Shown: positions 47,966 to 58,776, numbered from the stretch's first letter. The stretch: 64,000 nucleotides of DNA from Longimicrobiales bacterium (GCA_965248195.1 CBDFIQ010000002.1:704001-768000); one strand, 5' to 3'. Notes: a model not told the origin generated them from the letters alone. Numbers and translations are program-made.

Positions 47966-48940
47966 ATGCAACTGAGAATTCTGACAACCGCCGACGTCCG
48001 CCTCTGCATCGAAATGCGGGGGGCGATCGAGGCTATGAAGACGGCGTTCGCACAGCTCTCTTCCGGCGAGGCCGTGATCCCAGATCGTGTATCTATCGCT
48101 TCGGGTGAGGGGCGTGTCAGCCTGTTCATGCCGGGATACCTTCCGCGGGAAGACCAACTCGCCGCCAAGGTTGTTTCCGTGTTCGGAGACAACCCGAGCC
48201 GCGGCCTCCCGGTGATTCAGGGGGTTGTGCTCGTGCTCGACAGCGCAACTGGCTCACCGGTGGCCCTCATGGATGGGACCCACCTCACGGCGCTTCGGAC
48301 CGGTGCGGCGAGCGGGTTGGCGACGCACCTTCTCGCTGTACCTGGGGCGTCCGTGCTCACAGTGTTTGGTGCAGGGCCGCAAGCCCGAACGCAGGTGGAG
48401 GCGATCCGCGCCGTGCGGCCCATTCGCGAGATCCGGCTCGTCTCTCGCTCCACGGCCAGCGCCGAGGTAATGGCCGAAGAACTGCAGGGCGTCGACGTGC
48501 GCGTCATGGACGATCCGGGACATGCCGTACGAGGCGCCGAGGTTATTGTCACCGCGACCGACAGTCGCGAACCGGTTTTTCCCGGCCTGGCGACCGATGC
48601 GGGTGTACACGTCAACGCGGTAGGGGCCTTTACCCCGATGATGAGGGAGGTGGACGCCGATTTCGTGGCTCGGGCGAAGGTCGTTGTGGATGCCCGGGCC
48701 ACTGTGATGTCCGAGGCGGGAGACCTTATACAGGCCATAGGCGAAGGGGCGTTCTCGTTCGACGACATCCATGCAGAGCTCGGGGAAGTGGTGGCCGGCG
48801 CTGCTCCGGGGCGAGAGAGCTCGGAGGAGGTCACGTTGTTCAAGTCGGTTGGAAACGCAGCGCAGGACGTGGCCATCGCGTGTAGAGTGCTCATGGAGGC
48901 CGAACGGGCGGATGTGGGCAGGGTCATCGAACTGGCCTGA
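47966..48940 (+). CDS. Ornithine cyclodeaminase / mu-crystallin family protein
   Basis: FMPGY, KVVSVF..N, LTALRTGAA, GAGPQA, HVNAVGA, FKSVG..AQD. Confidence 0.92.
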   Translation: MQLRILTTADVRLCIEMRGAIEAMKTAFAQLSSGEAVIPDRVSIASGEGRVSLFMPGYLPREDQLAAKVVSVFGDNPSRGLPVIQGVVLVLDSATGSPVALMDGTHLTALRTGAASGLATHLLAVPGASVLTVFGAGPQARTQVEAIRAVRPIREIRLVSRSTASAEVMAEELQGVDVRVMDDPGHAVRGAEVIVTATDSREPVFPGLATDAGVHVNAVGAFTPMMREVDADFVARAKVVVDARATVMSEAGDLIQAIGEGAFSFDDIHAELGEVVAGAAPGRESSEEVTLFKSVGNAAQDVAIACRVLMEAERADVGRVIELA

Positions 48941-49021
48941 GGTTGCGTCTTCCTCACCTGTGGGCCATACGGGGCCTACATTGGCCGCTGCCCACCCTGA
49001 TGTCCTCCTAAAGGGACTCAA

Positions 49022-50539
49022 GTGACCCAAGGCGACGAAAAAGAACTCGGCGAGATCGCCCGCTCGATCGAAGCGCTCTTCGCCAGAGAAGAGGTGGTTC
49101 AAAGTACCGAGGCCGTGGCGTCCGGAGGAGCAGCCCGGGCCCATCCCCATGTCGCGACTGCGCTTGGGCTCGAGGGGGAGCTGGACGCCGCCACCGAGCC
49201 GGATCTAAAGCCTGCACTCGGCGATACGTCCGAGGCGGACCCCGGCGCCCCCGCCGATGTAGAGGACCGGGAAGGGACGCCCATCGAAGTCGAGCCCGAG
49301 GCAGACCCCGTCACCGCCGCCGATGTAGAGGACCGGGAAGAGACGCCCATCGAAGCCGAGCTCGAGGCGGACCCCGTCACCCCGGCCGATGTAGAGGACC
49401 GGGAAGGGACGCCCATCGAAGCCGAGCCCGAGGTGGACCCCGTCACCGCCGCCGATGTAGAGGACCGGGAAGGGACGCCCATCGAAGCCGAGCCCGAGGT
49501 GGACCCCGTCACCCCGGCCGATGTAGAGGACCGGGAAGGGACGCCCATCGAAGCTGAGCCCGAGCTGAGTGAAACAGGGCAGGCACTGAGTGAAGCGACG
49601 TCCCAATACCTCGAGGCGCCGACTCACGTGCGGGGAGGGGCGCAGCGCGTACTGCGCTCAGCCGTCGAAGCGTCGCGTTCGGCGGGCGCCTTCGGCGAGA
49701 TCGCTTCGAGTGTGAATACCTTGTTTCTCCGAGGTGCCGGGGATTCAGGCGTTTGGGCCTTGGCTGAAGAGTTTGTCGATGAGGATGTGATGCCCCAGAT
49801 GGTGGTCCAGCTCGGGCGCGTTCGGGACGAGGAGGAGCGCGCGGTGTTCATTCAAGCCTATGAGAGGCTCGGCGACCCTGCCGCGGACGCGATCGCCGAC
49901 GCCCTCACCGACACGGAAGATCGTTCGGCGCGCAAGACGTATGTGACGGCGCTCGGGGCCTTCGACACAGCTGGAGCACATGCGGTCGAGAAGATGTTGG
50001 AGGACTCCCGTTGGTTCGTCGTCCGTAATGGCGTTTCTGTGCTGGGAGTGGTGGGTGAACCGAGTGCGATCGAGCATCTGACGGGCAGCTTGGCGCACCC
50101 ACACGCTAAGGTTCGGCGAGAGACGGTCCGGTCACTCGCCAAAATCGGCGGTGAGAATGCGGGATTGTTGGTATCGAGCATGCTTGGAGATTCCGATGCA
50201 ATAGTTCGGGCCGCGGCCGCCCGAGCGATTTCCGTGCTCAAGGTGGAGCGAGGGTATAAGCAACTCCTGGAGATCCTCAAGAAGGGCGACGAGGAGGTAG
50301 TGATCGAGCACGTCCTTCGAGCGCTCGGCGCGTTGGGCGACCCATCGGCCGTGTCGGCGATCGAGAAGCAGGTGAAGCGCTCCATCTTCTCGCGTCCGCC
50401 GAAGGGAGTGCGCCTCGCTGGCCTTGCGGCGTTGGCCGCCATAGGCACGCCCCATGCCATGAGCGTGGTCAAGAAGGCCAGGACCGACAAGGATCCGGAG
50501 ATCAGCTCGGTCGCTGTCAAGCTCCTCTCAGGAAAGTAA
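49022..50539 (+). CDS. HEAT-repeat protein with acidic tandem-repeat N-terminal region
   Basis: DSRWFVVRN, KVRRETVRSLAKIG, VRAAAARAI HEAT repeats. Confidence 0.85.
   Translation: MTQGDEKELGEIARSIEALFAREEVVQSTEAVASGGAARAHPHVATALGLEGELDAATEPDLKPALGDTSEADPGAPADVEDREGTPIEVEPEADPVTAADVEDREETPIEAELEADPVTPADVEDREGTPIEAEPEVDPVTAADVEDREGTPIEAEPEVDPVTPADVEDREGTPIEAEPELSETGQALSEATSQYLEAPTHVRGGAQRVLRSAVEASRSAGAFGEIASSVNTLFLRGAGDSGVWALAEEFVDEDVMPQMVVQLGRVRDEEERAVFIQAYERLGDPAADAIADALTDTEDRSARKTYVTALGAFDTAGAHAVEKMLEDSRWFVVRNGVSVLGVVGEPSAIEHLTGSLAHPHAKVRRETVRSLAKIGGENAGLLVSSMLGDSDAIVRAAAARAISVLKVERGYKQLLEILKKGDEEVVIEHVLRALGALGDPSAVSAIEKQVKRSIFSRPPKGVRLAGLAALAAIGTPHAMSVVKKARTDKDPEISSVAVKLLSGK
49232..49561 (+). 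repeat. Five coding tandem repeats of 66 bp (22 aa)
   Basis: Consensus E(A/V)DPVT(A/P)ADVEDREGTPIEAEP x5. Confidence 0.93.
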
Positions 50540-50578
50540 GAGCTTTCGCGCGGCTCGCCCCACTCCTTCAACAGGCGT

Positions 50579-51679
50579 CTAGACGGTTCCCAGTAGGCGC
50601 CCGAGCGTACGCAGCAACTTCGCGCCCTCGCTGATCTCCTTGCGCATGGAGGCCAGCCGCCCCCCCTGCTTCGAGTGATCCAAAAGCGCCGTGATCGTGG
50701 TGTCGACCCGCTTGTTGTCGGGGAACGCCGCCTCCATCCGGAGCGTCTCGGTGTATGGGATCAAGCGATCGTTGCGCCCGTGAATGAGTTGGACGGGGGT
50801 CGCGACACGGTTCAGGAAGGGGAGCGGGTCCAAGAGGGGAGCGGCCTCCATGGCGGCGCGGGTCAACAACGGCGTGATCCGCTCCGCTTCGGTCTCAGCC
50901 GGCTCGCGGTCTGACGGAGGGGCGAACAGATCGAAGATCTCTCTGCGGTCCTCCGACAGCTGTTCCCGAAGCTGCTCCTTGAGCGTGTCGTAGGAAGGGT
51001 CCCACGCCCGGATCCGTCGTTCACCGGCTTCGACAGCGAGGCGCCACAGGGCGTCGGAGACGTCTTTGGCGTTCTGATATTCGGGGATCGAAGTGAGGTG
51101 GTTCCCCCCCATGATCCACCGCCCATATGGGTCAGGCCGAAGACGATGTGTGGCATCACCCCATTCAAAACGGCCGGTCATCTGAAACCGGACCATGCTC
51201 TCTATGTCACAATAACCCCCGAACCCGATAACGCCCGCCAACTGGTCCGAAACGTCTTGGTGAGCGGCCGCGATCATCACTTGCGGCGCACCGAAGGAAA
51301 AGCCGATCAGCCCATAGGGCCCGTCCGAGGTGCTTGGCAGCGACCGGAGGCCATCGAGCGCGGCGCAAACCGTCGGGAGGGTTCGTTCGGGCTCCAGCCG
51401 TAGGTCGACCCACTCGGGAACCTGGGGCACGAGAACGGCAGCCTTGGACGACGCGAGGGCGCGAACAAAACGCAGCAGGGTCGGGTGGAAGCGCCCGGGT
51501 CGGGTAACCCCATGTAGAACGACCCATCCCGGCAGGTTCCGGCCTCCCCCGCTCGGCAGAGTGACCGAGGCCGGAACTTCGCGATCCCCTCTGGGCAAGA
51601 CCGTTTCGTACTCCTCTACGGCCGACCTGCCCGTGATCCAACTCCCGACGGCTCGGGTGGTTCTCAACACCGTGGTCAT
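50579..51679 (-). CDS. Alpha/beta hydrolase fold protein
   Basis: VVLHG, nucleophile elbow GFSFG, LIHGRNDRLIP, distal His in LLDH. Confidence 0.8.
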   Translation of the reverse strand: MTTVLRTTRAVGSWITGRSAVEEYETVLPRGDREVPASVTLPSGGGRNLPGWVVLHGVTRPGRFHPTLLRFVRALASSKAAVLVPQVPEWVDLRLEPERTLPTVCAALDGLRSLPSTSDGPYGLIGFSFGAPQVMIAAAHQDVSDQLAGVIGFGGYCDIESMVRFQMTGRFEWGDATHRLRPDPYGRWIMGGNHLTSIPEYQNAKDVSDALWRLAVEAGERRIRAWDPSYDTLKEQLREQLSEDRREIFDLFAPPSDREPAETEAERITPLLTRAAMEAAPLLDPLPFLNRVATPVQLIHGRNDRLIPYTETLRMEAAFPDNKRVDTTITALLDHSKQGGRLASMRKEISEGAKLLRTLGRLLGTV

Positions 51680-51828
51680 GGAGGAAGAAGCTATTGGTGG
51701 GGTGGCCGAGACCGCCAGGCGTTATATTCGGGCCTGTCCCGAAAGAAGGGCCGCGATGGGTTCCTGAGGCGGCCGCAGCGGGCCTTCTGGCGGAAGTCTG
51801 AGCCAAAAAAAATTCTTGCAAAGGTAGC

Positions 51829-54015
51829 ATGACCGAATACCGACCACCGTACCGGGAAGGGGCGCTGCTGGGGCTGGCCATCTTCGGCCTTTACGTCCTG
51901 ACGTTGGCGCCCACCACCGCTTGGTGGGACGCGAGCGAGTACATCACAACCGGGCACCTGCTGGGTATTCCTCACCCGCCCGGGAATCCTCTTTTCGTCA
52001 GTATTGCGCGGGTATGGAGCCTCTTGCTGGCCCCATTGGGTTTGCCCGTAGCGGTGCGGATCAACCTCCTGGCCGCCGCCACGAGTTCGGTGGCTACGTT
52101 TTTCTTCTTTCTGGTTGGACACCGGGTCTTGTCCACCGCGATCGAGAAGCGATGGATGCTCACGGTCGGCGCCGCATGCGGCGCAGTGATGGGGGCGACT
52201 GCCTACACCGTCTGGAACCAATCCACCGCGAACGAAAAGGTCTACACGGTGAGTGTGGCGGTGATCGCTGCCGTATCGTGGCTCGCACTGAGATGGTATG
52301 ACCGGCGGGGAGAGCCAGCGGGCGTCCGGGCCCTCCTGCTCGCCCTCTACCTCATGGTTTTGGGGGCGAGCAATCATCTCATGTCCGTACTCCCTGCTCC
52401 AGCTCTGGGTTTGTTCGTATTGCTGGCCGGCCCGGCTGTGTTGCTGACGCGGCGTTTTTGGGTGCGAGCTATTCCCCTGGTGGTGCTCGGAATTTCGTTC
52501 AATTTCTTCCTTCCGATTCGCGCGGCTCAGGACCCGATCATCAATGAAGGGAACCCAGTCTGCGAATCGGCGGCAAGTGCCGTGGTCGCGGTCTATACCA
52601 ACGGTAAAGCTGGGTGCCCGGCATTGGCCCAGTCACTCTCACGCGCACAGTACGCCAAGCCCCCACTCATGGACCGGCAGGCGCCGCTCGGGCATCAGTT
52701 TCTCAACTATTTTCAGTATTTCGATTGGCAGTGGGCCCGCGGCGCCGATTTGAGCGAAGTGCCCATGGGAGCCCGCCTACCGGCCACCATGCTGTTCGTG
52801 GCAATGGGTTTCATGGGCCTGCTCGTGTCGTGGCGCGCCGACCGGATGATTTTCACGTACCTAGCCGTCCTGACGCTCACACTCACGGTGGGCCTGGTCG
52901 TCTACCTCAACTTCGAGTACGGTTTTTCGTTGGCACGAGACATTGCCGACCCTACCGCCCACGAGGTTCGTGAGAGGGATTATTTCTTTGTGGCGAGCTT
53001 CATCTTCTGGGGCAATCTGGCCGGGATCGGTCTGGCCGGGTTCTGGTCGGCCCTCTCGGAACACTGGGGCGGGGGTGCCGCCTACCGCAGGGCGATGCCG
53101 GTCCTCTTGATCACCTTCATTCCGATGGCCTACAACTGGGAATGGGCGAGCCGGGCGGATGACTACGCCACGATCGACTGGGCCTACGACCTGCTCATGA
53201 GTGTGGAGCCGTACGGGATCCTCTTTACCAATGGGGACAATGACACCTTCCCTCTCTGGTATGCTCAAGAGATTGAAGGGGTGCGCAAGGATGTGACCGT
53301 CATCGTCCTCCAATACCTCCACACGGGCTGGTACCCACTGCAAATCAGGGACCAGACCGAGCCCGGCCGGCAGAGGCCGTTCGACGACCAATTCGCCGCG
53401 GGAATCTATTCGACCAACACTCCACTCCCGGATCAATCGGTCTCCCTGGCAACGGATGAGGTCTTGAATGACGTAAGAGCGGGCGCACTCCCAGCGGATC
53501 TCAGCTTGTCGCTCGATAGCGTGGTGGTCACCTACCCGTCGGGGTTCTACCTGGATCGTGCGGTCCGGATCGCCCTCAGCATGATCAACGACTCGGCCGG
53601 ACGGAGACCGATCTACTTCGCCAGTTCCGCAGGGCTCCTGCGATCGCTCGGCCTGGACCCTTGGGGAGTCCGGCATGGCATCGCGACCAAGCTCGTGATG
53701 CGGAATCTCGACGAAGACGCCCCCGATGGCTGGGTCGAGGGGAGCGAGCGTATGCGGGGAGAGTGGTTCGATTTGGAGCGGAATATGACGTTGGTGCGCG
53801 ATGTGTATCGTTACGGGGGACTCAAGGACCGCGAGCTCTGGCAGGATCGAAGCACCCTCAGTATCCCGACCCAGTTTCAGTTTTTGTTTGCCCAGTTGGC
53901 GGATGTCGCAGCTATCGAGGCCCGGCCCATCGAGGAGATCGCCGCACTTGCCGACGCCGCCGCCTCGATGCGGGTGACGGCGCTGGGGGGCGCCCGGTAT
54001 CTCGAGCGGCCGTGA
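51829..54015 (+). CDS. DUF2723 family (TMEM260-like) GT-C membrane glycosyltransferase
   Basis: LAPT..WWDASEY, LGIPHPPG.PLF, EKVY, EVRERDYFF, FTNGDNDTFPLWY. Confidence 0.88.
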   Translation: MTEYRPPYREGALLGLAIFGLYVLTLAPTTAWWDASEYITTGHLLGIPHPPGNPLFVSIARVWSLLLAPLGLPVAVRINLLAAATSSVATFFFFLVGHRVLSTAIEKRWMLTVGAACGAVMGATAYTVWNQSTANEKVYTVSVAVIAAVSWLALRWYDRRGEPAGVRALLLALYLMVLGASNHLMSVLPAPALGLFVLLAGPAVLLTRRFWVRAIPLVVLGISFNFFLPIRAAQDPIINEGNPVCESAASAVVAVYTNGKAGCPALAQSLSRAQYAKPPLMDRQAPLGHQFLNYFQYFDWQWARGADLSEVPMGARLPATMLFVAMGFMGLLVSWRADRMIFTYLAVLTLTLTVGLVVYLNFEYGFSLARDIADPTAHEVRERDYFFVASFIFWGNLAGIGLAGFWSALSEHWGGGAAYRRAMPVLLITFIPMAYNWEWASRADDYATIDWAYDLLMSVEPYGILFTNGDNDTFPLWYAQEIEGVRKDVTVIVLQYLHTGWYPLQIRDQTEPGRQRPFDDQFAAGIYSTNTPLPDQSVSLATDEVLNDVRAGALPADLSLSLDSVVVTYPSGFYLDRAVRIALSMINDSAGRRPIYFASSAGLLRSLGLDPWGVRHGIATKLVMRNLDEDAPDGWVEGSERMRGEWFDLERNMTLVRDVYRYGGLKDRELWQDRSTLSIPTQFQFLFAQLADVAAIEARPIEEIAALADAAASMRVTALGGARYLERP

Positions 54016-54132
54016 CGGCGGTAGCTCACCTGCCCTGAGCCTCCCCGGGCTTCCGGTTCGGGGAACCCGGGTCTGGCGCGGGGGTGCAATCCGGTCGAGA
54101 AACCGAGCCCGTTATCCCGGAGAGAGCCGACG

Positions 54133-55311
54133 TTGGCCGAGCGCGAAACACCCGAGCTGAAGTCTCCCGAGCTCAGTAGGTATGCGAGGCATCTGTCCTT
54201 GCCCGAGGTCGGCAAAGAGGGACAGCTGCGCCTCAAGGCTTCGCGGGTGCTGGTCGTGGGCGCCGGAGGACTCGGCTCGCCCCTCGCGCTCTATCTCGCC
54301 GCGGCTGGGATCGGCACACTGGGCCTCGTCGACTTCGACGAGGTCGACGCCACCAACTTGCAACGGCAGATTCTTCACGGCACCAAAGACGTAGGGCGGC
54401 CAAAGCTGGATTCGGCCAAGGAACGCTTGGCTGATGTGAACCCGAACGTGTCGGTTGTAATGCACGACGTCCGGTTAGACTCCAGCAATGCGCTGGAGAT
54501 CTTGGGCCCGTACGACATCGTGGCCGACGGAACCGACAACTTCCCCACGCGGTACCTCGTCAACGACGCCTGTGTGCTCCTGGGAAAGCCGAATGTCTAC
54601 GGATCGGTCTTCCGTTGGGAGGGGCAGGCGTCGGTGTTCGGGAGCGACGGGGGACCGTGTTACCGGTGTCTCTTTCAGGAGCCGCCCCCCGCGGGCTTGG
54701 TCCCGAACTGTGCGGAGGCTGGTGTGCTCGGCGTCTTGCCGGGGATTATCGGTTCGATTCAGGCCCTTGAAGTGATCAAGCTCCTGCTTGGACAAGGACA
54801 CACGCTCAGCGGACGGTTGCTGATCTTCGACGCGCTGGAGATGAGTTGGAGAGAGATGGCGGTCGCCAGGAACACGAACTGCCCGGTTTGTGGCGATGAG
54901 CCGACTCAAACCGGGCTCATCGACTATGAAGATTTCTGTGGGCTGAAGGCGCCCACTGCAGGAAAGGAGGAGGAAATGGTGACCCCTTTCGGTGAGGTCG
55001 GGGCCGTCGAGCTCAACGAGCGCTTGGCGTCTGCGGAGCCCCCGTTTCTGTTAGATGTTCGGCAACCACACGAGTGGGACATCGTGAACCTGGAGACGGA
55101 CGGGGCGGTCATGATTCCGCTCGCCGAACTTCAGGACCGTCTCGGGGAGCTTCCCACGGACCGAGAGATCGTTGTGTACTGCCGGACTGGAGCCCGCAGC
55201 GCAAACGCGGCTCACATGCTGGTGGAGGAGGGCTTTTCCGGCGTGTTCAACTTCGTGGGGGGGATCCACGCGTGGGTCGACGAAATCGACCCGAGCCTGC
55301 CCAAGTACTGA
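54133..55311 (+). CDS. moeB: MoeB/ThiF adenylyltransferase fused to rhodanese
   Basis: RYARH, GAGGLG, NLQRQ, PCYRC, CAEAGVLG, CPVC; rhodanese [15 protein letters not shown] end. Confidence 0.92.
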   Translation: MAERETPELKSPELSRYARHLSLPEVGKEGQLRLKASRVLVVGAGGLGSPLALYLAAAGIGTLGLVDFDEVDATNLQRQILHGTKDVGRPKLDSAKERLADVNPNVSVVMHDVRLDSSNALEILGPYDIVADGTDNFPTRYLVNDACVLLGKPNVYGSVFRWEGQASVFGSDGGPCYRCLFQEPPPAGLVPNCAEAGVLGVLPGIIGSIQALEVIKLLLGQGHTLSGRLLIFDALEMSWREMAVARNTNCPVCGDEPTQTGLIDYEDFCGLKAPTAGKEEEMVTPFGEVGAVELNERLASAEPPFLLDVRQPHEWDIVNLETDGAVMIPLAELQDRLGELPTDREIVVYCRTGARSANAAHMLVEEGFSGVFNFVGGIHAWVDEIDPSLPKY

Positions 55312-56651
55312 CCGATCCGAAGCGGCCTCGGATCGTCGTGATCGGGGCGGGGTTCGGGGGGCTTTGGGCCGTGCGGCGGTTCGTCTCATCTGGGCTCGGG
55401 GTGACCCTGATCGACCGGAACAACTACCACACGTTTTTCCCTCTCCTGTACCAGGTCACCGCGGCCGAATTGGGACCGAGCGAGATCGCCTATCCGATCC
55501 GCAGTCTCTTCAGGAGGCATCCCCTCGTCGACTTTCGACGAGCCAAAGTCCATGGTATCGATCTCGACGCCCGGATCGTCAAGGCCGATGGGACTCGCCT
55601 GGAGTACGACTACCTGGTGATGGCACCAGGGAGTGTGCCGAACTACTTCGGGGTGGAGGGGGCGGCGCGTCATGCGTTCCCCCTTCGTACGATGGATGAC
55701 GCGGTTCCACTCCGCTACCACGTGTTGGACTGCTTCGAGCGGGCGGCCCAGACGGCGGACGTTTCCACGCGGAAATCTCTACTCCGCTTCGTGATCGTGG
55801 GTGGCGGGGCCACGGGCGTCGAGTATGCCGGGGCGCTCGCGGAGTTGATTTACGGACCGCTCCTGAATGACTTTGGTAGCATCGTGCGAGATGAGGTGGA
55901 CATACGGCTCCTAGAAGGCGGCGATAAGCTTCTAGCGGGCATGCCCCCGCGCCTGCAGGACTACGCCCGGGTTCGCCTCGAAGGGCGGGGCGTGCAGGTT
56001 CTCACAGAATCAGAGGTCGTGGAGGTGCTGTCCGACCGTGTGATGAGCCGCGTCACCGATGATACCACGCGACACGACGCCGCTACTGCGGTGAAGGGGA
56101 ATCCTGGTGATACCCCCACCCACACCGTGGTTTGGGCCGCAGGTGTCCAGGGCGATCCGGTGGTGGGCCGCTGGGGGCTGCCGGTCGGTCCGGCCGGCCG
56201 CGTGCCGGTGGAACCTACGCTTCAGGTGCCTGGACGTCCGGAGGTCTTCGTCGTGGGCGACCTCGCTTACCTGGAGACAGACGGGCAGGCGCTCCCGCAG
56301 GTCGCCCAGGTCGCTCTTCAGCAGGGGAGCCTGGCGGCCGAAAACGTGATCCGCATGATCGGCGGGCACACGCCCGCAGACTTTGCCTACAAAGATCTGG
56401 GCATGTTGGCGGTGATCGGCCGAAACGCCGCGGTGGCGCACGTGTGGGGGCGGTCATTCACCGGTTTCGCGGCCTGGACTCTGTGGCTGGTCGTTCACGT
56501 CGCCAAGCTCATTGGCTTTCGTAATCGTGCGCTCGTGCTTGTGAACTGGGCCTGGAACTACGTGTTCTATCGGCGGGCGGTGCGCTTGATTCTGCCGGAT
56601 GCCACCAGGGAAGCCCGCACACACGAGCCCCCGATGTCTCCTAGAAGCTGA
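55308..56651 (+). CDS. ndh: Type II NADH dehydrogenase (NAD(P)/FAD oxidoreductase)
   Basis: [42 protein letters not shown]; start uncertain (CTG 55308 or GTG 55338). Confidence 0.9.
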   Translation: MTDPKRPRIVVIGAGFGGLWAVRRFVSSGLGVTLIDRNNYHTFFPLLYQVTAAELGPSEIAYPIRSLFRRHPLVDFRRAKVHGIDLDARIVKADGTRLEYDYLVMAPGSVPNYFGVEGAARHAFPLRTMDDAVPLRYHVLDCFERAAQTADVSTRKSLLRFVIVGGGATGVEYAGALAELIYGPLLNDFGSIVRDEVDIRLLEGGDKLLAGMPPRLQDYARVRLEGRGVQVLTESEVVEVLSDRVMSRVTDDTTRHDAATAVKGNPGDTPTHTVVWAAGVQGDPVVGRWGLPVGPAGRVPVEPTLQVPGRPEVFVVGDLAYLETDGQALPQVAQVALQQGSLAAENVIRMIGGHTPADFAYKDLGMLAVIGRNAAVAHVWGRSFTGFAAWTLWLVVHVAKLIGFRNRALVLVNWAWNYVFYRRAVRLILPDATREARTHEPPMSPRS

Positions 56652-58776
56652 CCAGATCGAGGATGGCCGCGAGTACGTCAGAGGGCTGGGGAAGGATCTC
56701 GTCTTCCAGCTGCGGCGCATACGCGACCCAGGTGTCCAGCGACGCTACTCGACGCACGGGCCCGTCCAGCCAGGGAAAGAGTTCGTCCGCGATGAGAGCG
56801 GCGATCTCCGAGCCGATCCCCCAAGACAACGAATCTTCGTGCGTAATGAGGACCTTGTTCGTTCTCTTCACGGAGTGAGCCACGGTGTCCATGTCGAGGG
56901 GCGAAAGTGTCCTCAAGTCGATGACCTCGCACTCGATTCCATGTTGTTCAGATGCGATCTTCGCGGCGTCCATGGAGCGTTTGACCAGCGCGCCACAGGT
57001 CACGACGGTGAGGTCCGATCCTTCCCTGATCCTGTTCGCTTTGCCCAGAGGGATCATGAAGTCCTTCCCCGGATACAGGCCCTTATTGTGAACCTGCCGA
57101 TATAGGTGCTTGTGCTCGAGGAAGATGACCGGGTCATCACAGCGGATGGCGGTTCTCAGAAGTCCGTTCGCCTCCAACGCGCTCGAGGGAAGCACGACTC
57201 GAAGACCCGGTGTATGAGTAAACAGTGTCTCCCCCGTCTGAGAGTGAAAGGGTCCTCCCCCCCTCAGGTAGCCGCCGTACGGGACCCTGATCACGACTGG
57301 TGCGGAATACCGCCCATGGGAGCGATAGCGGATGGTGGCCAGCTCGTTTCGAATTTGCTGGAACGCTGGCCAGATGTAGTCGAAGAACTGGATTTCGACT
57401 ACCGGCCGGAGGCCTCGCTGAGCCATGCCGATGGCCCGCCCGACGATGTTGGCTTCGGCTAGAGGCGCGTTGAAAACCCGGCTCCCACCGAATCGCCGCT
57501 GGAGCCCCTGCGTGACTTTGAACACTCCCCCCTTACCCTTCACCTCTTCGAGCGCTGCCTCCCGAGACACGTCGGCGATGTCCTGCCCGAAGAGGATCAT
57601 GCGGGGATCCCGCTCCATTTCATCCCGAAGACATGCGTTGAGCAAATCGACCATCGTGAGGGCGCGCTCGTCCCCGAATTCCGGCGAGTCCTCGGTGTCG
57701 AAGGATGGCGAGGTCGGATCGACCTCTTCGGAGTAGAGGTGGAGCAGAGCCGTCTCAGGCTCAGGCTGTGGGCGGGAGCTCGCTTCGACTGCGGCCGCCG
57801 CGACCTCGGTCTCGATCTCTTCTTCCAGGCTGTCGAGCTCCTCTGCGGTCGCCGCGCCGCGCTCCACCAGGAGATTCCGGGTCCGGAGGAGCGGGTCCCT
57901 GGTAGCCGCTTCTTTTAGCTCGGCGGCGGCCCGGTAGATCCGCTCGTCATCGGACAATGAATGGGAATAGGGACGTATCGTATGAGAGTGCACGAGGGCC
58001 GGGCCCCTTCTCAGCCGGCAGTGTCGGACGGCCTTGCCCGTCGCCTGGTGGCTGTCCAGCACGTCGGTGCCGTCGCACTCGATGATGAAGAGGTCGGGGA
58101 AACCGGATACGAGCTTGGAGATGCTTCCTCCCGCCGTGTTGACCTCGACCGGCACGGAGATCGCATATTCGTTGTCCTCGATGAGGAAAATCACGGGAAG
58201 CTTGAGATTGCACGCCGTGTTGAGGGCCTCCCAGAACTCACCCTCCGACGTCGCTCCCTCGCCGGAACAGACGAGGACCACCTCGTCCTCCTCGAAGTCA
58301 TCGATCCTGCCCCGTAGCTGGGGGATGAGCGAGATTCGGTATCCCGCCTCCGCGGCGCCGACCGCCTGAATGAACTGTGTCCCCGTGGGGGAGGACAACG
58401 TCACGATGTGAATCCCCGGATCCGAGAAGTGGGAGGGCATCTGCCGGCCGGCGCTGTTCGGATCGTCGCTGGCCCCGATCGCGCCGAGAAGGTGGTCCAA
58501 GGGGGTCTGCCCCAACGCCAGCACCAGCGCCCGATCCCGGTAGTAAGGGTGGAACCAGTCGTATCCAGGCCTCAAGTGGTCGGCCATCGCCACCTGCACC
58601 GCCTCGTGGCCAGCACAGGAGATCTGGAAGAAGGTCTTGTTCTGACGGTTTAGGCTGATTTCCCGGTCATCCACCCGCCGGGAGGTGACCATCGTTCGGT
58701 ACGCCTCGAGGAGCCACTCGGAGGATGGACCCTCCGGGTCCCGAGTTCGGGTGATCTCTTGCTCCTTGGTTGCCAT
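56641..58776 (-). CDS. 2-oxoacid dehydrogenase E1, fused alpha+beta (branched-chain type)
   Basis: GEGATSEG...NEYAIS ThDP motif, [34 protein letters not shown]. Confidence 0.93.
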   Translation of the reverse strand: MATKEQEITRTRDPEGPSSEWLLEAYRTMVTSRRVDDREISLNRQNKTFFQISCAGHEAVQVAMADHLRPGYDWFHPYYRDRALVLALGQTPLDHLLGAIGASDDPNSAGRQMPSHFSDPGIHIVTLSSPTGTQFIQAVGAAEAGYRISLIPQLRGRIDDFEEDEVVLVCSGEGATSEGEFWEALNTACNLKLPVIFLIEDNEYAISVPVEVNTAGGSISKLVSGFPDLFIIECDGTDVLDSHQATGKAVRHCRLRRGPALVHSHTIRPYSHSLSDDERIYRAAAELKEAATRDPLLRTRNLLVERGAATAEELDSLEEEIETEVAAAAVEASSRPQPEPETALLHLYSEEVDPTSPSFDTEDSPEFGDERALTMVDLLNACLRDEMERDPRMILFGQDIADVSREAALEEVKGKGGVFKVTQGLQRRFGGSRVFNAPLAEANIVGRAIGMAQRGLRPVVEIQFFDYIWPAFQQIRNELATIRYRSHGRYSAPVVIRVPYGGYLRGGGPFHSQTGETLFTHTPGLRVVLPSSALEANGLLRTAIRCDDPVIFLEHKHLYRQVHNKGLYPGKDFMIPLGKANRIREGSDLTVVTCGALVKRSMDAAKIASEQHGIECEVIDLRTLSPLDMDTVAHSVKRTNKVLITHEDSLSWGIGSEIAALIADELFPWLDGPVRRVASLDTWVAYAPQLEDEILPQPSDVLAAILDLVSF

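Noticed and set aside
49232..49561. CRISPR-like periodicity (66-bp period)
   Set aside because: Whole units repeat with no unique spacers, they are in frame within a CDS, and no cas genes are present
54016..54132. Moco or SAM riboswitch upstream of moeB
   Set aside because: Only a generic GC hairpin; no recognisable consensus
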